From Minisyncoccota bacterium (GTDB taxonomy: Bacteria; Patescibacteriota; Minisyncoccia; Phycocordibacterales; JACRKE01), in the NCBI GenBank assembly GCA_041660505.1, contig JBAZWG010000001.1, positions 115,979 through 179,978 on the forward strand: a DNA stretch of 64,000 nt, in the 5' to 3' direction. Positions within the stretch are counted from its first letter, which is position 1. Each line of letters opens with the position of its first letter. The notes under the pieces were generated by a model. The model was not told where the DNA came from, searched no databases, and saw only the letters and a program-made list of their open reading frames with translations. This document shows positions 17,428-26,746 of this stretch, one piece after another. The translations under genes were made by a program, and so were the position numbers.

Positions 17428-19347
17428 CTAAGCATCCAACTTGCGGGATCGGAAGACCAGCCTGCTGCCAGCACTCCACCTGCTGTCAGGAGAGGCGTAG
17501 CCGTAGCTGAGCCAGCGCCTGCCACCGTCCGCGCTGACGCTCCAGACGCGCGGATCGTCGCCACGATCGGTAATCTGCTTCATGGCCATATAGAGATATT
17601 CTCCCATAGGTTGGTCGGAATATTGGAGACGCAGGTAAACACCTGCTTCAGCGGGTACGAGCTCGAAACCGAGTTCCGCTGCTCTTGTGTAGATTTCATC
17701 AGTCGTTGCACCGTTCGGGAAGCCCAGAGATTCCACTGAAAAGCTAACCAGATTGTATTGTTCTTGTGTGCCGGTAAACTCTGTTTTTGCGAGCATGTCT
17801 TTGGCGTAGTCGCCGACTTCAAAACCCTTCGCCTTGAGTGCTCGCTTCGCCTCTTCTGCATTTGTGATAGTTGGGTCGCCTTCGACGGTTTTCAGGAATA
17901 TACTTTGGTCGGGGAAGCGTTCATAGGCGTGTTTGATTGATGGTGGAAACTTTGCATATACTTCGGGATTCCACGGGCCGATATAGGCGACGGTTTCTGA
18001 AGTAATGGCACTCGGTTCGTAGGCGATTTGTGCAGGAGTACAGTCAAAGAGTACGGGAAGGTCATCCTTTTGGTTGCGCTTCGCCTGTATTTCTTTGATC
18101 CGCGGGTCGCGGTCGTAGCCAAAACCCTCAATTTTTGACTCGATCTCGTAGAGAAAGATAAGGTCTTCTCGGGGTAAGGTTTCGCCTTCCCCCGCCTTGC
18201 GCTCGATGTCGGTGAGGCGCTTCATGTCTGCAGACTTCTTTTTGTACTTGTCTGCTTCGGGGCCGAAGTCTTTTAGTTTCTCGTCGAGCTTTGGAGCAAT
18301 ATGCGGGTCGAAGTTTTGGTCATGGGCAATACCGCGGATTTCACCGATGTGCTCGCCCTGCATGCGGATAGCTAGGCGTGGGACAATCGCTTCGCCCGCC
18401 TCATTGATTGAGTAGTAGAGGTGCATGTCTCCGCCATCTAGGTAGTTTTGCGCAGTGGTAAGATCGGCGATGCACCATTCTAGCGGGTGGCCTTCTAGAG
18501 ATTGTACCAGCTCTGTTGCATCGCCGCCTTGCTTATAGGTAATCCATTTTCCTCGTGTCTCCTGCAAGCCTTCGGTAGAATACTCCGGCATTTCAATCAG
18601 AAATTGCGCGTATATTTTGGAGAAGTTCTCGGTGGAGAGAAGGGCTTGGAACTCCTCATCGGAGAGCTTAATGCTTTCGTTTTTGAGGGCTGTTCGCTCG
18701 TCTTTGGGCTTTGCCTTTTGCTCGAGACGCTAGCGCAGCATGCCAATTGTAAGAGCAAGTGCTCGTGGGTTGAGCGGGGGGAACGAAGCTACGGAGTCTT
18801 TGGTTCGTTTCTGGAAACGGGCGGTCTCTTTGCCATTTTCACCTTCCTCTTTCTTGAGCTTGCCCATTTCAAGCATAGAGCGGAAGGCCCAGTATTTCGC
18901 CCAGTCGGGGTACTGTGCATCAGACGAGGAAAGGTAGTCGATCCACTTGTTGAGGCTGTGTGTTTGGTTGTTGACGATCTGTTCCGTCTTCTGCTTTTTA
19001 AACTCTTCCGTAATCTCGACATCTCCGTGCCCTAAGTCTCGAGCAATACGTTGTTCTAGCAGAAAAGCTTCTTCGGGAACTTCTTCGGGCTTGATGACGA
19101 ATTTGTCGTTGAGGACGCGCTTCAAGGCCTCGATACCGCGCTCTTTGCCTTCGGGTTCTTCACGATTTAGAATTTCATTGAAACGGTCAAGGTAGTTTTG
19201 AATGCGTTTAAGGGGCTTTTGTGAGACTTTTTCACCCGTTCGTATTTCTGTGCGCTTGGCAGCAGAAGCCACCTCTCCGCTGCTGTGGAGAGCGCTATAT
19301 TTTTCTTTGAGAAAGGCTGGGTTTTCTTCGGTAGGGAATTTTTCCAT
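17428..19347 (-). pseudogene. 639-codon probable DGR target (C-terminal CLec-like) gene interrupted by one in-frame TAG at 18730-18732
   Basis: ORFs 18730..19347 and 17428..18591 are in one frame joined by 46 open codons; C-terminus PRVWSV..RWLSYGYASPDSRWSAGSRLVFRSRK. Confidence 0.7.
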
Positions 19348-19393
19348 GAGAAGAGTATATCAAACGCCAAAATTGACGCAAATTTATCTATCG

Positions 19394-20132
19394 GAGTAAG
19401 GCGAAACCTTACCCCGAATATGGATATTTTGGCTTTTTCTCTTTTTCGCCTATTAGCATTGTGGCGACTTCGCTGAAGTCTCCCTGCTCTATAAGCCATT
19501 TAAAATAGTTATTTGGAATCTTGGTATAATCTTTCAGAACCTCCGGATTTAGGATCTTATTTTTTACAAACTTATTGTCGTACGCTTTAGCACTTGAGTA
19601 TTGATACGTTTGTAGCACAGACTCTCTTGGTAAGAAATTCTTCATCTCACAGGGATTTAGGTGGATGTAATCTATAATTTTCAGCAAGTATTCTTCATCG
19701 GTTATCAGCTTACTTTTAAATACTCCTTGAAAAAGTGCGCCGCTCCGCCCATACTTTTCGTTAAAATACATTGTGTAGGCAGTGCCGAGCCGTTGCATAA
19801 ACTTACTGATACCTCCCTCATAAATTTCGTGGAGGAGTAAATGAAAATGATTCGGCATAAGGCAGTATGCCATTACCGCAACAAGTGGTTTATGGTCAAT
19901 ATCTTTTTCTGCTTCTTCTCCTTGCGATTTTATCAGACGACTTGGACTTTCCACTTCACGATCATTGAGCAAATACAGATACTTTAAAAACAACTTGCGG
20001 TCAGCATTGGACAGAAAAATATCGCGCTTCTCGGTTCCGCGATTATAAACATGGTGAAAAGATTCTAATTCAATAGGTACACGCTCCATTTCCCCATTAT
20101 ACCCTTATTCGGGGTAAGGTTTCGCCTTACTC
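19394..20132. mobile_element. RAYT locus bounded by 27-bp perfect inverted REPs
   Basis: 19394-19420 is the reverse complement of 20106-20132 (TATTCGGGGTAAGGTTTCGCCTTACTC). Confidence 0.8.
19409..20089 (-). CDS. REP-associated tyrosine transposase (RAYT/TnpA-REP, HUH Y1 family)
   Basis: HHVYNRG, AYCLMPNHFHLLL (HUH), YTMYFNEKY.RSGALFQG, YIHLNP, YQYSS. Confidence 0.92.
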   Translation of the reverse strand: MERVPIELESFHHVYNRGTEKRDIFLSNADRKLFLKYLYLLNDREVESPSRLIKSQGEEAEKDIDHKPLVAVMAYCLMPNHFHLLLHEIYEGGISKFMQRLGTAYTMYFNEKYGRSGALFQGVFKSKLITDEEYLLKIIDYIHLNPCEMKNFLPRESVLQTYQYSSAKAYDNKFVKNKILNPEVLKDYTKIPNNYFKWLIEQGDFSEVATMLIGEKEKKPKYPYSG

Positions 20133-20142
20133 TGGGGATAAG

Positions 20143-21936
20143 TTAGACTGTTTGGGTGCGGGTTGCTTTGATTCTTTCGTTCTCGGTCAGGTACTGCTTG
20201 CGTAGGCGAACACTTGTGGGGGTGATTTCTAAATATTCGTCTTCATTCATTACTTCGAGTCCGCGTTCAATGGTGAGCAAATATGGTGGGACGAGGTCGA
20301 TTGCTTCATCGGATGACTTGGACCGCATGTTGGTCAGCTGTTTACCCTTGGTCGGGTTGACGGCCATCTCCTCGCCTTTCGACGTATTGCCGATCACCAT
20401 GCCTTCATACACCTCTGTCCCCGCTCCTATATACAGAGCACCGCGATCCTGCAAGTTCCAAAGGGCGAAGCCGAGGGCCTTGCCGGACTCCATCGAGATC
20501 ATTGAGCCAACGGGCTTCTTGCGGATCTCACCGGCGTAGGGCTTAAAGCCAATAACGCGCGAGGATAAAATCCCTTCGCCTTTGGTATCGACGATAAATT
20601 GAGAACGATAACCAAGCAAGCCGCGGGTGGGACCTTCGAAAATAATGCGGGTCAACTCGCCAACTTGTTTGAGCTCGCTCATTACAAATGCGCGCGAACC
20701 CAAGCGCTCGATTATGACGCCTTGGAATTCTGCCGGTGTGTCAACAATGACCTCCTCGAATGGTTCATGTTTATTGCCGTCGACATTATGGAAGATAACT
20801 TGTGGTTGAGAAACTTGCAGCTCATAGCCTTCACGGCGCATGTTCTCGAGCAATATGGAAATATGCATTTCTCCTCGGCCGGAAACTTGGAATCTTTCCG
20901 CTTCTGTAAAGTCTACGCGGAGCCCCACGTTGACCTCGAGTTCGCGTTCAAGCCTCTCACGAATCTGACGCGTCGTCACGAACTTGCCTTCTCTGCCGGC
21001 AAAAGGGCTTGAGTTCGGCATGAAGTTAAGCGTGATGGTCGGCTCGTCTACCGATATTGCCTTGAGCGGTTCGGCTGAGGCATCAGAGGTAACCGTCTCG
21101 CCGATGTCGATATCCGCCAAGCCGGCAATCATCACGATGTCTCCGGCCTCGGCTTCTGTTGCTTCTACTTTCTGCATTCCCTTGAAGGTGAAGATTTTAG
21201 TTAGCTTTCCACTGCGCGTATCGCCGTTTGGCTTGCGGACGAAGACGTTCTGCCCGGCCTTGATAATACCCTCATAGACACGGCCGACGGCCATGCGACC
21301 GAGGAAGTTGTCGTAAGCGAGATTGAACGACTGGAAGCGAAGAGGTACATCATGCTTGGCATTCGAGGCCGGCGGTACGTAAGCGAGAATAGTATCAAGA
21401 AGCGGTGTCAGATCACTCGACTCGTCGGTCAATTTTTTCTTCGCCACGCCGGCGCGGCCGTTGGCATAAACGACGGGGAAGTTTATTTGCGCGTCGTCGG
21501 CACCAAGCTCCATGAAGAGTTCGAGGACTTGTTCCTCGCACCGCGCCGGATCAGCGGCAGGCTTGTCTATTTTATTGATGACGACAATCGGCTCAAGGCC
21601 AAGCTCGAGCGATTTCTTTAGTACGAATCTGGTTTGTGGCATTGGCCCTTCCTGCGCGTCAACGATAAGTAATACCGAATCGATGGCAGAGAGCACGCGC
21701 TCCACCTCGGAGCCGAAGTCAGCATGGCCCGGTGTGTCTACTATATTAATCTTAGTATCTTTGTAATATATCGCAGCGTTTTTGGAATATATAGTAATAC
21801 CGCGCTCTTGCTCGAGAGCATTGGTGTCCATCGTAACCCCCTCGCCACCCACGCCTGTCTGCTTCAAAAGAGCGTCGGTCAAGGTGGTCTTGCCGTGGTC
21901 CACGTGTGCGATAATTGCGATATTGCGGATTTCCAT
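20143..21936 (-). CDS. typA: Translational GTPase TypA/BipA
   Basis: [46 protein letters not shown]. Confidence 0.97.
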   Translation of the reverse strand: MEIRNIAIIAHVDHGKTTLTDALLKQTGVGGEGVTMDTNALEQERGITIYSKNAAIYYKDTKINIVDTPGHADFGSEVERVLSAIDSVLLIVDAQEGPMPQTRFVLKKSLELGLEPIVVINKIDKPAADPARCEEQVLELFMELGADDAQINFPVVYANGRAGVAKKKLTDESSDLTPLLDTILAYVPPASNAKHDVPLRFQSFNLAYDNFLGRMAVGRVYEGIIKAGQNVFVRKPNGDTRSGKLTKIFTFKGMQKVEATEAEAGDIVMIAGLADIDIGETVTSDASAEPLKAISVDEPTITLNFMPNSSPFAGREGKFVTTRQIRERLERELEVNVGLRVDFTEAERFQVSGRGEMHISILLENMRREGYELQVSQPQVIFHNVDGNKHEPFEEVIVDTPAEFQGVIIERLGSRAFVMSELKQVGELTRIIFEGPTRGLLGYRSQFIVDTKGEGILSSRVIGFKPYAGEIRKKPVGSMISMESGKALGFALWNLQDRGALYIGAGTEVYEGMVIGNTSKGEEMAVNPTKGKQLTNMRSKSSDEAIDLVPPYLLTIERGLEVMNEDEYLEITPTSVRLRKQYLTENERIKATRTQTV

Positions 21937-22018
21937 AAAGAAACTATAATAACACAAAATCACGTCCATTGGAAGTGATTTTGTGTTTATCTTAAATTCT
22001 CTAATTCTGCAATTCTGC

Positions 22019-22276
22019 CTATTTGCACCCACCCGCTCCTACCGTATTACAGACGACGTTCAGTATCCCGAAGACGGAAATCATTATAGCCAAGCCGATG
22101 ACGCCATAAAGCATGTGCTGTCTGCCCTTGCTCCGCTCTGCCTCGTTATCAACATGATAGATGAACTCCGCAACACCCCAGATAAAGTAAGCAAGCGCAG
22201 CCGCTCCCAAGAGACCAATGATTGGATTAAGTATCGCGGACTCTATCTTACCGATAAGGGCTACGGCGGCGTTCAT
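22019..22276 (-). CDS. TrbC/VirB2-like pilin
   Basis: TM - FIWGVAEFI..ERSKGRQHMLYGVIGLAIMISVFGI - TM. Confidence 0.7.
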   Translation of the reverse strand: MNAAVALIGKIESAILNPIIGLLGAAALAYFIWGVAEFIYHVDNEAERSKGRQHMLYGVIGLAIMISVFGILNVVCNTVGAGGCK

Positions 22277-22295
22277 GTATTAAGCGCTAGCCAGT

Positions 22296-22667
22296 TTACT
22301 GAACAGATTGTACAACTCCGGGAGCCGGAAGAACCTGAACACGCTGTATTCCCAAAGTATCCTGCAAGAAGTAAACAAGCCCCCAGACCGAGGCAATAAC
22401 GAACATGGCGATAGTGCCATAAATCATGCGCGCGCGACCCTCTTCTTTCTTACCCGTGTCACCTGACTCCAAAATGTACTCTGCCAAGCCGTAGATGAAA
22501 TAGATAAGCGCCAGAGCAACCATAATAGGCACAATGGCGTTGAATACCTTCTGCAAGGTAACCATAAAGCCCAAAATATTCGACGGGTTACCACTCACCT
22601 GTGCTCCAGCAATGAACGGCGCGAACGCCATCATCCCGAGAACCGCTGCTTTTATGTTTCGTGACAT
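22296..22667 (-). CDS. TrbC/VirB2-like pilin
   Basis: Signal peptide; core ALIYFIYGLAEYI..KKEEGRARMIYG. Confidence 0.72.
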   Translation of the reverse strand: MSRNIKAAVLGMMAFAPFIAGAQVSGNPSNILGFMVTLQKVFNAIVPIMVALALIYFIYGLAEYILESGDTGKKEEGRARMIYGTIAMFVIASVWGLVYFLQDTLGIQRVQVLPAPGVVQSVQ

Positions 22668-22776
22668 ATACTAATATTAATTAATTCTAAATAATTTTCG
22701 ACTTAATAAATTTTCTTGATAAACTTTATAATGTGTATATTGTACCGTGCCTATCGCAACCTGTACAGTGGAAAGC

Positions 22777-23130
22777 TTATCGATTGGCTGGGAGTAGTGG
22801 CGCGTTTATAGTACTTTTGTCTCCTACGCCTGTCGTCGTTTGTATAAACGCCACTAATCCCCACACCGACACTAGCACGAACATCGCGATAGTACCCCAG
22901 ATCATTCTGGTTCGACCTTCTTCTTTCTTGCCTGATTCACCGGATATTAAGATGTATTCCGCTAAGCCGTAGATAAAGTAGATGAGCGCGAGGCCAACGA
23001 AGATAGGCACGAGTGCGTTCATGGCAGACTTAACAGTACCGAGGAAACCGAGCAAGTCAGCGGCGAATGCCACCATTGGTAATGTAGTAATCACCCCCAC
23101 TATCCCGATTTTTGTTTTTATATGCTTCAT
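22777..23130 (-). CDS. TrbC/VirB2-like pilin
   Basis: Signal peptide ending AFA; same two-TM core. Confidence 0.72.
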   Translation of the reverse strand: MKHIKTKIGIVGVITTLPMVAFAADLLGFLGTVKSAMNALVPIFVGLALIYFIYGLAEYILISGESGKKEEGRTRMIWGTIAMFVLVSVWGLVAFIQTTTGVGDKSTINAPLLPANR

Positions 23131-23159
23131 GTTAAATAACTCATTATAATTAATTTTGA

Positions 23160-23555
23160 TTAAATCGTTGGAAGCCCCGGCGAGACCACCTGCACATTAG
23201 CATCAATGCCGACAGTCTTTTGTAAAAACGCCACCAATCCCCACACCGACACTAGCACGAACATCGCTATCGTGCCCCAGATCATACGCGTCCTGCCTTC
23301 TTCTTTCTTGCCCGACTCACCGGAGATTAATATGTATTCTGCCAGGCCGTAGATAAAATAAATCAAAGCCAGACCGACCATAATTGGGACCAACAGATTC
23401 ATTACACTTTTAACCGTTTGCAAAAAACTAAATGCGCTTCCTCCTCCGTTCCCTACCCGCCCGCCCACAGCTGCGTCTGCTTGCGCATATATCGTCGTCG
23501 GGATTAATAATAATACAGGAACAGCTAACCGCAATAAATTCTTTGTTCTATTCAC
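23160..23555 (-). CDS. TrbC/VirB2-like pilin
   Basis: Core identical in protein to the 22777 paralogue over about 50 aa. Confidence 0.72.
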   Translation of the reverse strand: MNRTKNLLRLAVPVLLLIPTTIYAQADAAVGGRVGNGGGSAFSFLQTVKSVMNLLVPIMVGLALIYFIYGLAEYILISGESGKKEEGRTRMIWGTIAMFVLVSVWGLVAFLQKTVGIDANVQVVSPGLPTI

Positions 23556-23573
23556 GATTATTTTTAATTTCTA

Positions 23574-23867
23574 TTACTTATTAAATTGAGGTGCGGGAGG
23601 AGCATTTAACGAGGAACTTTGTGTATTTCCCCAGACCGTTGCTTGCAGAAGATTCACCAGCCCCCAGACAGAAATTATCACGAACATGGCTATCGTACCC
23701 CAGACCATGCGCATTCTGCCTTCTTCTTTTTTAGATGCCTCGCCGGAGACCAGAATATATTCTGCAAGTCCATAGATAAAGTAGATGAGTGCGAGGCCAA
23801 CGCAGAGCGGGACGATTATACTGAAAATACCGCGAATGTTGTTTAAGATAGATTTTACGTCGGTCAT
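23574..23867 (-). CDS. TrbC/VirB2-like pilin
   Basis: Same core GLALIYFIYGLAEYIL..KKEEGR. Confidence 0.7.
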   Translation of the reverse strand: MTDVKSILNNIRGIFSIIVPLCVGLALIYFIYGLAEYILVSGEASKKEEGRMRMVWGTIAMFVIISVWGLVNLLQATVWGNTQSSSLNAPPAPQFNK

Positions 23868-23872
23868 TATTT

Positions 23873-24208
23873 TTATTTTAATTTATCGACAGTGGCCTTT
23901 AGTGCCTCGCTTATAACCTTGGCACCGAGCACGACACCGGCGCCGATGACCGTCCAGAGGAAGGCGTTATTCGCCGTCTTAATCTCCTCCGGCTTGCCCT
24001 GCGCCTTTACGAACATGAAGCCGACCCAGATGATAGCCATCACCAAGACCGGCACGCCGATATCAATAACGACTTGGAGAATATCTTTAAGCAGTGTCTG
24101 AATGTCTGGCGCACTGATAGGATTGCTAAGTGGTGCTGAAGCCGCAGTTACCAACGCGATCGGCATGAAGGCAAGAGAAATCGCGATTAATTTTTTTAGT
24201 GTTCTCAT
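23873..24208 (-). CDS. TrbC/VirB2-like pilin
   Basis: LSNPI, IIWVGFMFVKAQGKPEEIKTA..LWTVIG. Confidence 0.75.
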   Translation of the reverse strand: MRTLKKLIAISLAFMPIALVTAASAPLSNPISAPDIQTLLKDILQVVIDIGVPVLVMAIIWVGFMFVKAQGKPEEIKTANNAFLWTVIGAGVVLGAKVISEALKATVDKLK

Positions 24209-24265
24209 TATTTTAAATTCTATAATTCTTCAATTCCTTAATTCTGTTCGTGTTATATTGTACAC

Positions 24266-24688
24266 CTACTGGCCCAAAAAGTTAATCTTCGCGCCGAGTC
24301 CTTTAAGAATAGCATTGACGATAAGCCATGCGCCAAGAGCGATTATCATCCCGATAACGACGTAATAAAAAATATTATGCGCTTCTGTAATCTTAGACGG
24401 ATTCCCCTGCGCGGTTACGTACTTAAATCCCGCGAACATTATGGCAATAACCGCAACAGGAGCGAGAATCTTTAATATCAAAAAATTCCAAATGTTGCTG
24501 ATGAGAGTATACAACTGCTGGAAGTCGCATTCGTTTGGATCACCGCCTTTACCGCATGGCACAAGATTTGTGGCGGCACCCGGCTCAGGCTGTACGCCTC
24601 CTAATCCTTCTGCGAAGACAGTTGCGCTTGCACCGAACATAAGCAACAGGAAAGATATGACTATAAACTTTTTACTGTGATGTAGCAT
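24266..24688 (-). CDS. TrbC/VirB2-like pilin with Cys-bridged N-terminal loop
   Basis: LVPCG..ECDF, AGFKYVTAQGNPSKITEA..VVIG. Confidence 0.75.
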   Translation of the reverse strand: MLHHSKKFIVISFLLLMFGASATVFAEGLGGVQPEPGAATNLVPCGKGGDPNECDFQQLYTLISNIWNFLILKILAPVAVIAIMFAGFKYVTAQGNPSKITEAHNIFYYVVIGMIIALGAWLIVNAILKGLGAKINFLGQ

Positions 24689-25958
24689 TTTTGGGCATTA
24701 GTCTTTGTAATTGGCCTGATATATACGTTGCTGCTTCGTTATCTTTAGACTGGCCAGAGAGCATACTTTCTAAAGCGTCTCTAAAGACTTTATCCGAGGC
24801 GGACGGGCTAGGGTCCAGCCAACCCTTAGAAATGAGCGCCGCACGATTAAAGATGGTTAAGACCGGATCAATAGTCCCCGCCGAGAGCAAATCGCGCCGT
24901 GCTGGCGCAAGGCGTGCGCCCACTGCAATACTCTGGAGCACGGCAGAGCCAGACAATATCGAGCCGGCCGTGAAGGCGTTCGTCTTCTTGGGGCTCGCTT
25001 GGAGTACTGCGAAGGCATAGAGCTTGCCGTAAACCGCCGGTGCGGTAGCAAGTGCACGTTGAGGCATCACGGCTACGTCGAAATTAAGGTGAGGATTCTT
25101 CTGTCGTATATCATCATACTCGCTCGCGTGGCCGAAGTAGACAGCAAGCTTGCCAGCCTCGAACATCTGCCTGGATGAATCAAGTGCGCTGTTCCACGTA
25201 TAAACCGTCTTGGACGGATCGGAGAACTGCGTATAGAACGAAAGGGCGCCGGGTGCGTTGTCACCGAGCCTGGCCTGGATACTCCCATCGTTCGTCCAGG
25301 TTGCGATAGTTTCTCCCGATTGCAAAAGTAATGTAGAAATAATATCTTTAGCATTCGTAATATTGGCATAACCGCCCAAGGCCACCGCAGACTGCGATAC
25401 GCCTCCGCGCGCATCCTTAACCGTGAGCGAAGGCACATACTTAATCAAATCATCCCAAGTCTTGGGGAATACCGCGATGCCGGCGCTTGAGAACATATCT
25501 TTGTTCCAATACGCGACCATCGGGTCTACCACGAGCGGTATACCCACTATCCCCTGGCCCGATATAAATACGGGCGCCTCATCAATGAACGTGTCATAAA
25601 TATAACGCGCTGGGTAACTCGATGTCGGTATGGCGTAAATTTTATCCTGATAGTGAGCGATAAGATCCTGCGAGAGCATTATCGCATCCGGCCCTTTGCC
25701 GGAAGCCAAAGCTTCTATAAGAGACTGGTCGAATTCCGACTCGCTGAATCCTTTATATTTAACTGTAAAGTTTATTGTCTTGTTAACCTGTAACTGGGCA
25801 AAAGTATTGGAAATCTGCGTCTCGGGTAATGTGCCCCAGATCTCGATACTGCCAATGCCTGTCGCCGCACGATTATCAAAGAGGCCGGAGAATGCAAGCA
25901 CCCCCGCAATACCCAGGAATCCGAATATGAAAAGTGAAATTATTTGAAATCGGGTCAT
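24672..25958 (-). CDS. Extracellular solute-binding protein (family 1-like)
   Basis: N-terminal TM, IEIWG, ALASGKGPD, PLVVDPMVAYWNKD, PKTWD, FEAGKLA. Confidence 0.8.
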   Translation of the reverse strand: MTRFQIISLFIFGFLGIAGVLAFSGLFDNRAATGIGSIEIWGTLPETQISNTFAQLQVNKTINFTVKYKGFSESEFDQSLIEALASGKGPDAIMLSQDLIAHYQDKIYAIPTSSYPARYIYDTFIDEAPVFISGQGIVGIPLVVDPMVAYWNKDMFSSAGIAVFPKTWDDLIKYVPSLTVKDARGGVSQSAVALGGYANITNAKDIISTLLLQSGETIATWTNDGSIQARLGDNAPGALSFYTQFSDPSKTVYTWNSALDSSRQMFEAGKLAVYFGHASEYDDIRQKNPHLNFDVAVMPQRALATAPAVYGKLYAFAVLQASPKKTNAFTAGSILSGSAVLQSIAVGARLAPARRDLLSAGTIDPVLTIFNRAALISKGWLDPSPSASDKVFRDALESMLSGQSKDNEAATYISGQLQRLMPKNATSQ

Positions 25959-26497
25959 TATTCTGTTTTCTTAGCGATAAATCCGTAATGATGCGCACCG
26001 GCATGGAATGGGGGCATGACTCTGAAGCCCGCTTCTTCAAACATCTTGCGCGCGCTCGGCTCCGATATCACTTGAGCCTGCGTGGGCCCCAGATTTTTAA
26101 ACGAATCTGACCATTCTATATATAAGACCTTGCCGGCCGGCTTGAGCACACGATGAGCCTCGCGTATCATGGCACCGCGATTCTCGGACTGGAACAAAAC
26201 ATTAGATATCACTACTGCATCCATACTGCTATCTTTCAGTTTGGATCCGCCGCCGACATCCAAGTCGCCCCACACTACTTCTATCGTGCCAATGTGCTTC
26301 TCCTTGGCCTCTCGCTTGAGCTTCTCAAGCAAATCCTTCTGTACCTCTACGGCATACACATGCCCCGTACCGCCCACACGGCGTGCCGAGGCAAAGCTAT
26401 AGGCGCCAGCTCCGGCGCCGAAGTCTGCCACGCTCATCCCGGGATGGAGTTCCAAGTGCCCAATATTTTGTTCCGGATCTGCAAACGAGCCCAACAT
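25958..26497 (-). CDS. Class I SAM-dependent methyltransferase
   Basis: VADFGAGAG, VYAVEV, EAHRVLKPAG. Confidence 0.88.
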   Translation of the reverse strand: MLGSFADPEQNIGHLELHPGMSVADFGAGAGAYSFASARRVGGTGHVYAVEVQKDLLEKLKREAKEKHIGTIEVVWGDLDVGGGSKLKDSSMDAVVISNVLFQSENRGAMIREAHRVLKPAGKVLYIEWSDSFKNLGPTQAQVISEPSARKMFEEAGFRVMPPFHAGAHHYGFIAKKTE

Positions 26498-26544
26498 GCT
26501 TATATTCTATCGTAGAAGCGTTGTAATACAATGGGATAACTTGC

Positions 26545-26573
26545 TTGACATTATATACTCTATGTGCTATTAT
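26545..26573 (+). promoter_or_regulatory. Sigma70-like promoter for the SPFH gene pair
   Basis: TTGACA-N17-TATTAT with extended TG. Confidence 0.55.
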
Positions 26574-26746
26574 TAGACGTTTCGTTCTTTGAGAATCGTA
26601 TATAGAATCACTCAATATAAGTAGAAGAACTCGAAGTTCACCATTTGGGATTCGCGAATAATGCATAGTTCGCGGATCCTAGTTTGTGAACTTCGAGACA
26701 TTCCGTCTCATCAGAATTGACGCCGCACTGTGGCGATGGGAGAAAC

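Noticed and set aside
18730-18732. TAG recoding (alternative genetic code or pyrrolysine)
   Set aside because: TAG and TGA end conserved genes normally in this window; no suppressor tRNA or pyl genes seen
15727-20132. Recurring GGGTAAGGTTTCGCCTTAC as a possible CRISPR repeat
   Set aside because: Irregular kb-scale spacing, mixed orientation, no cas genes; fits REPs
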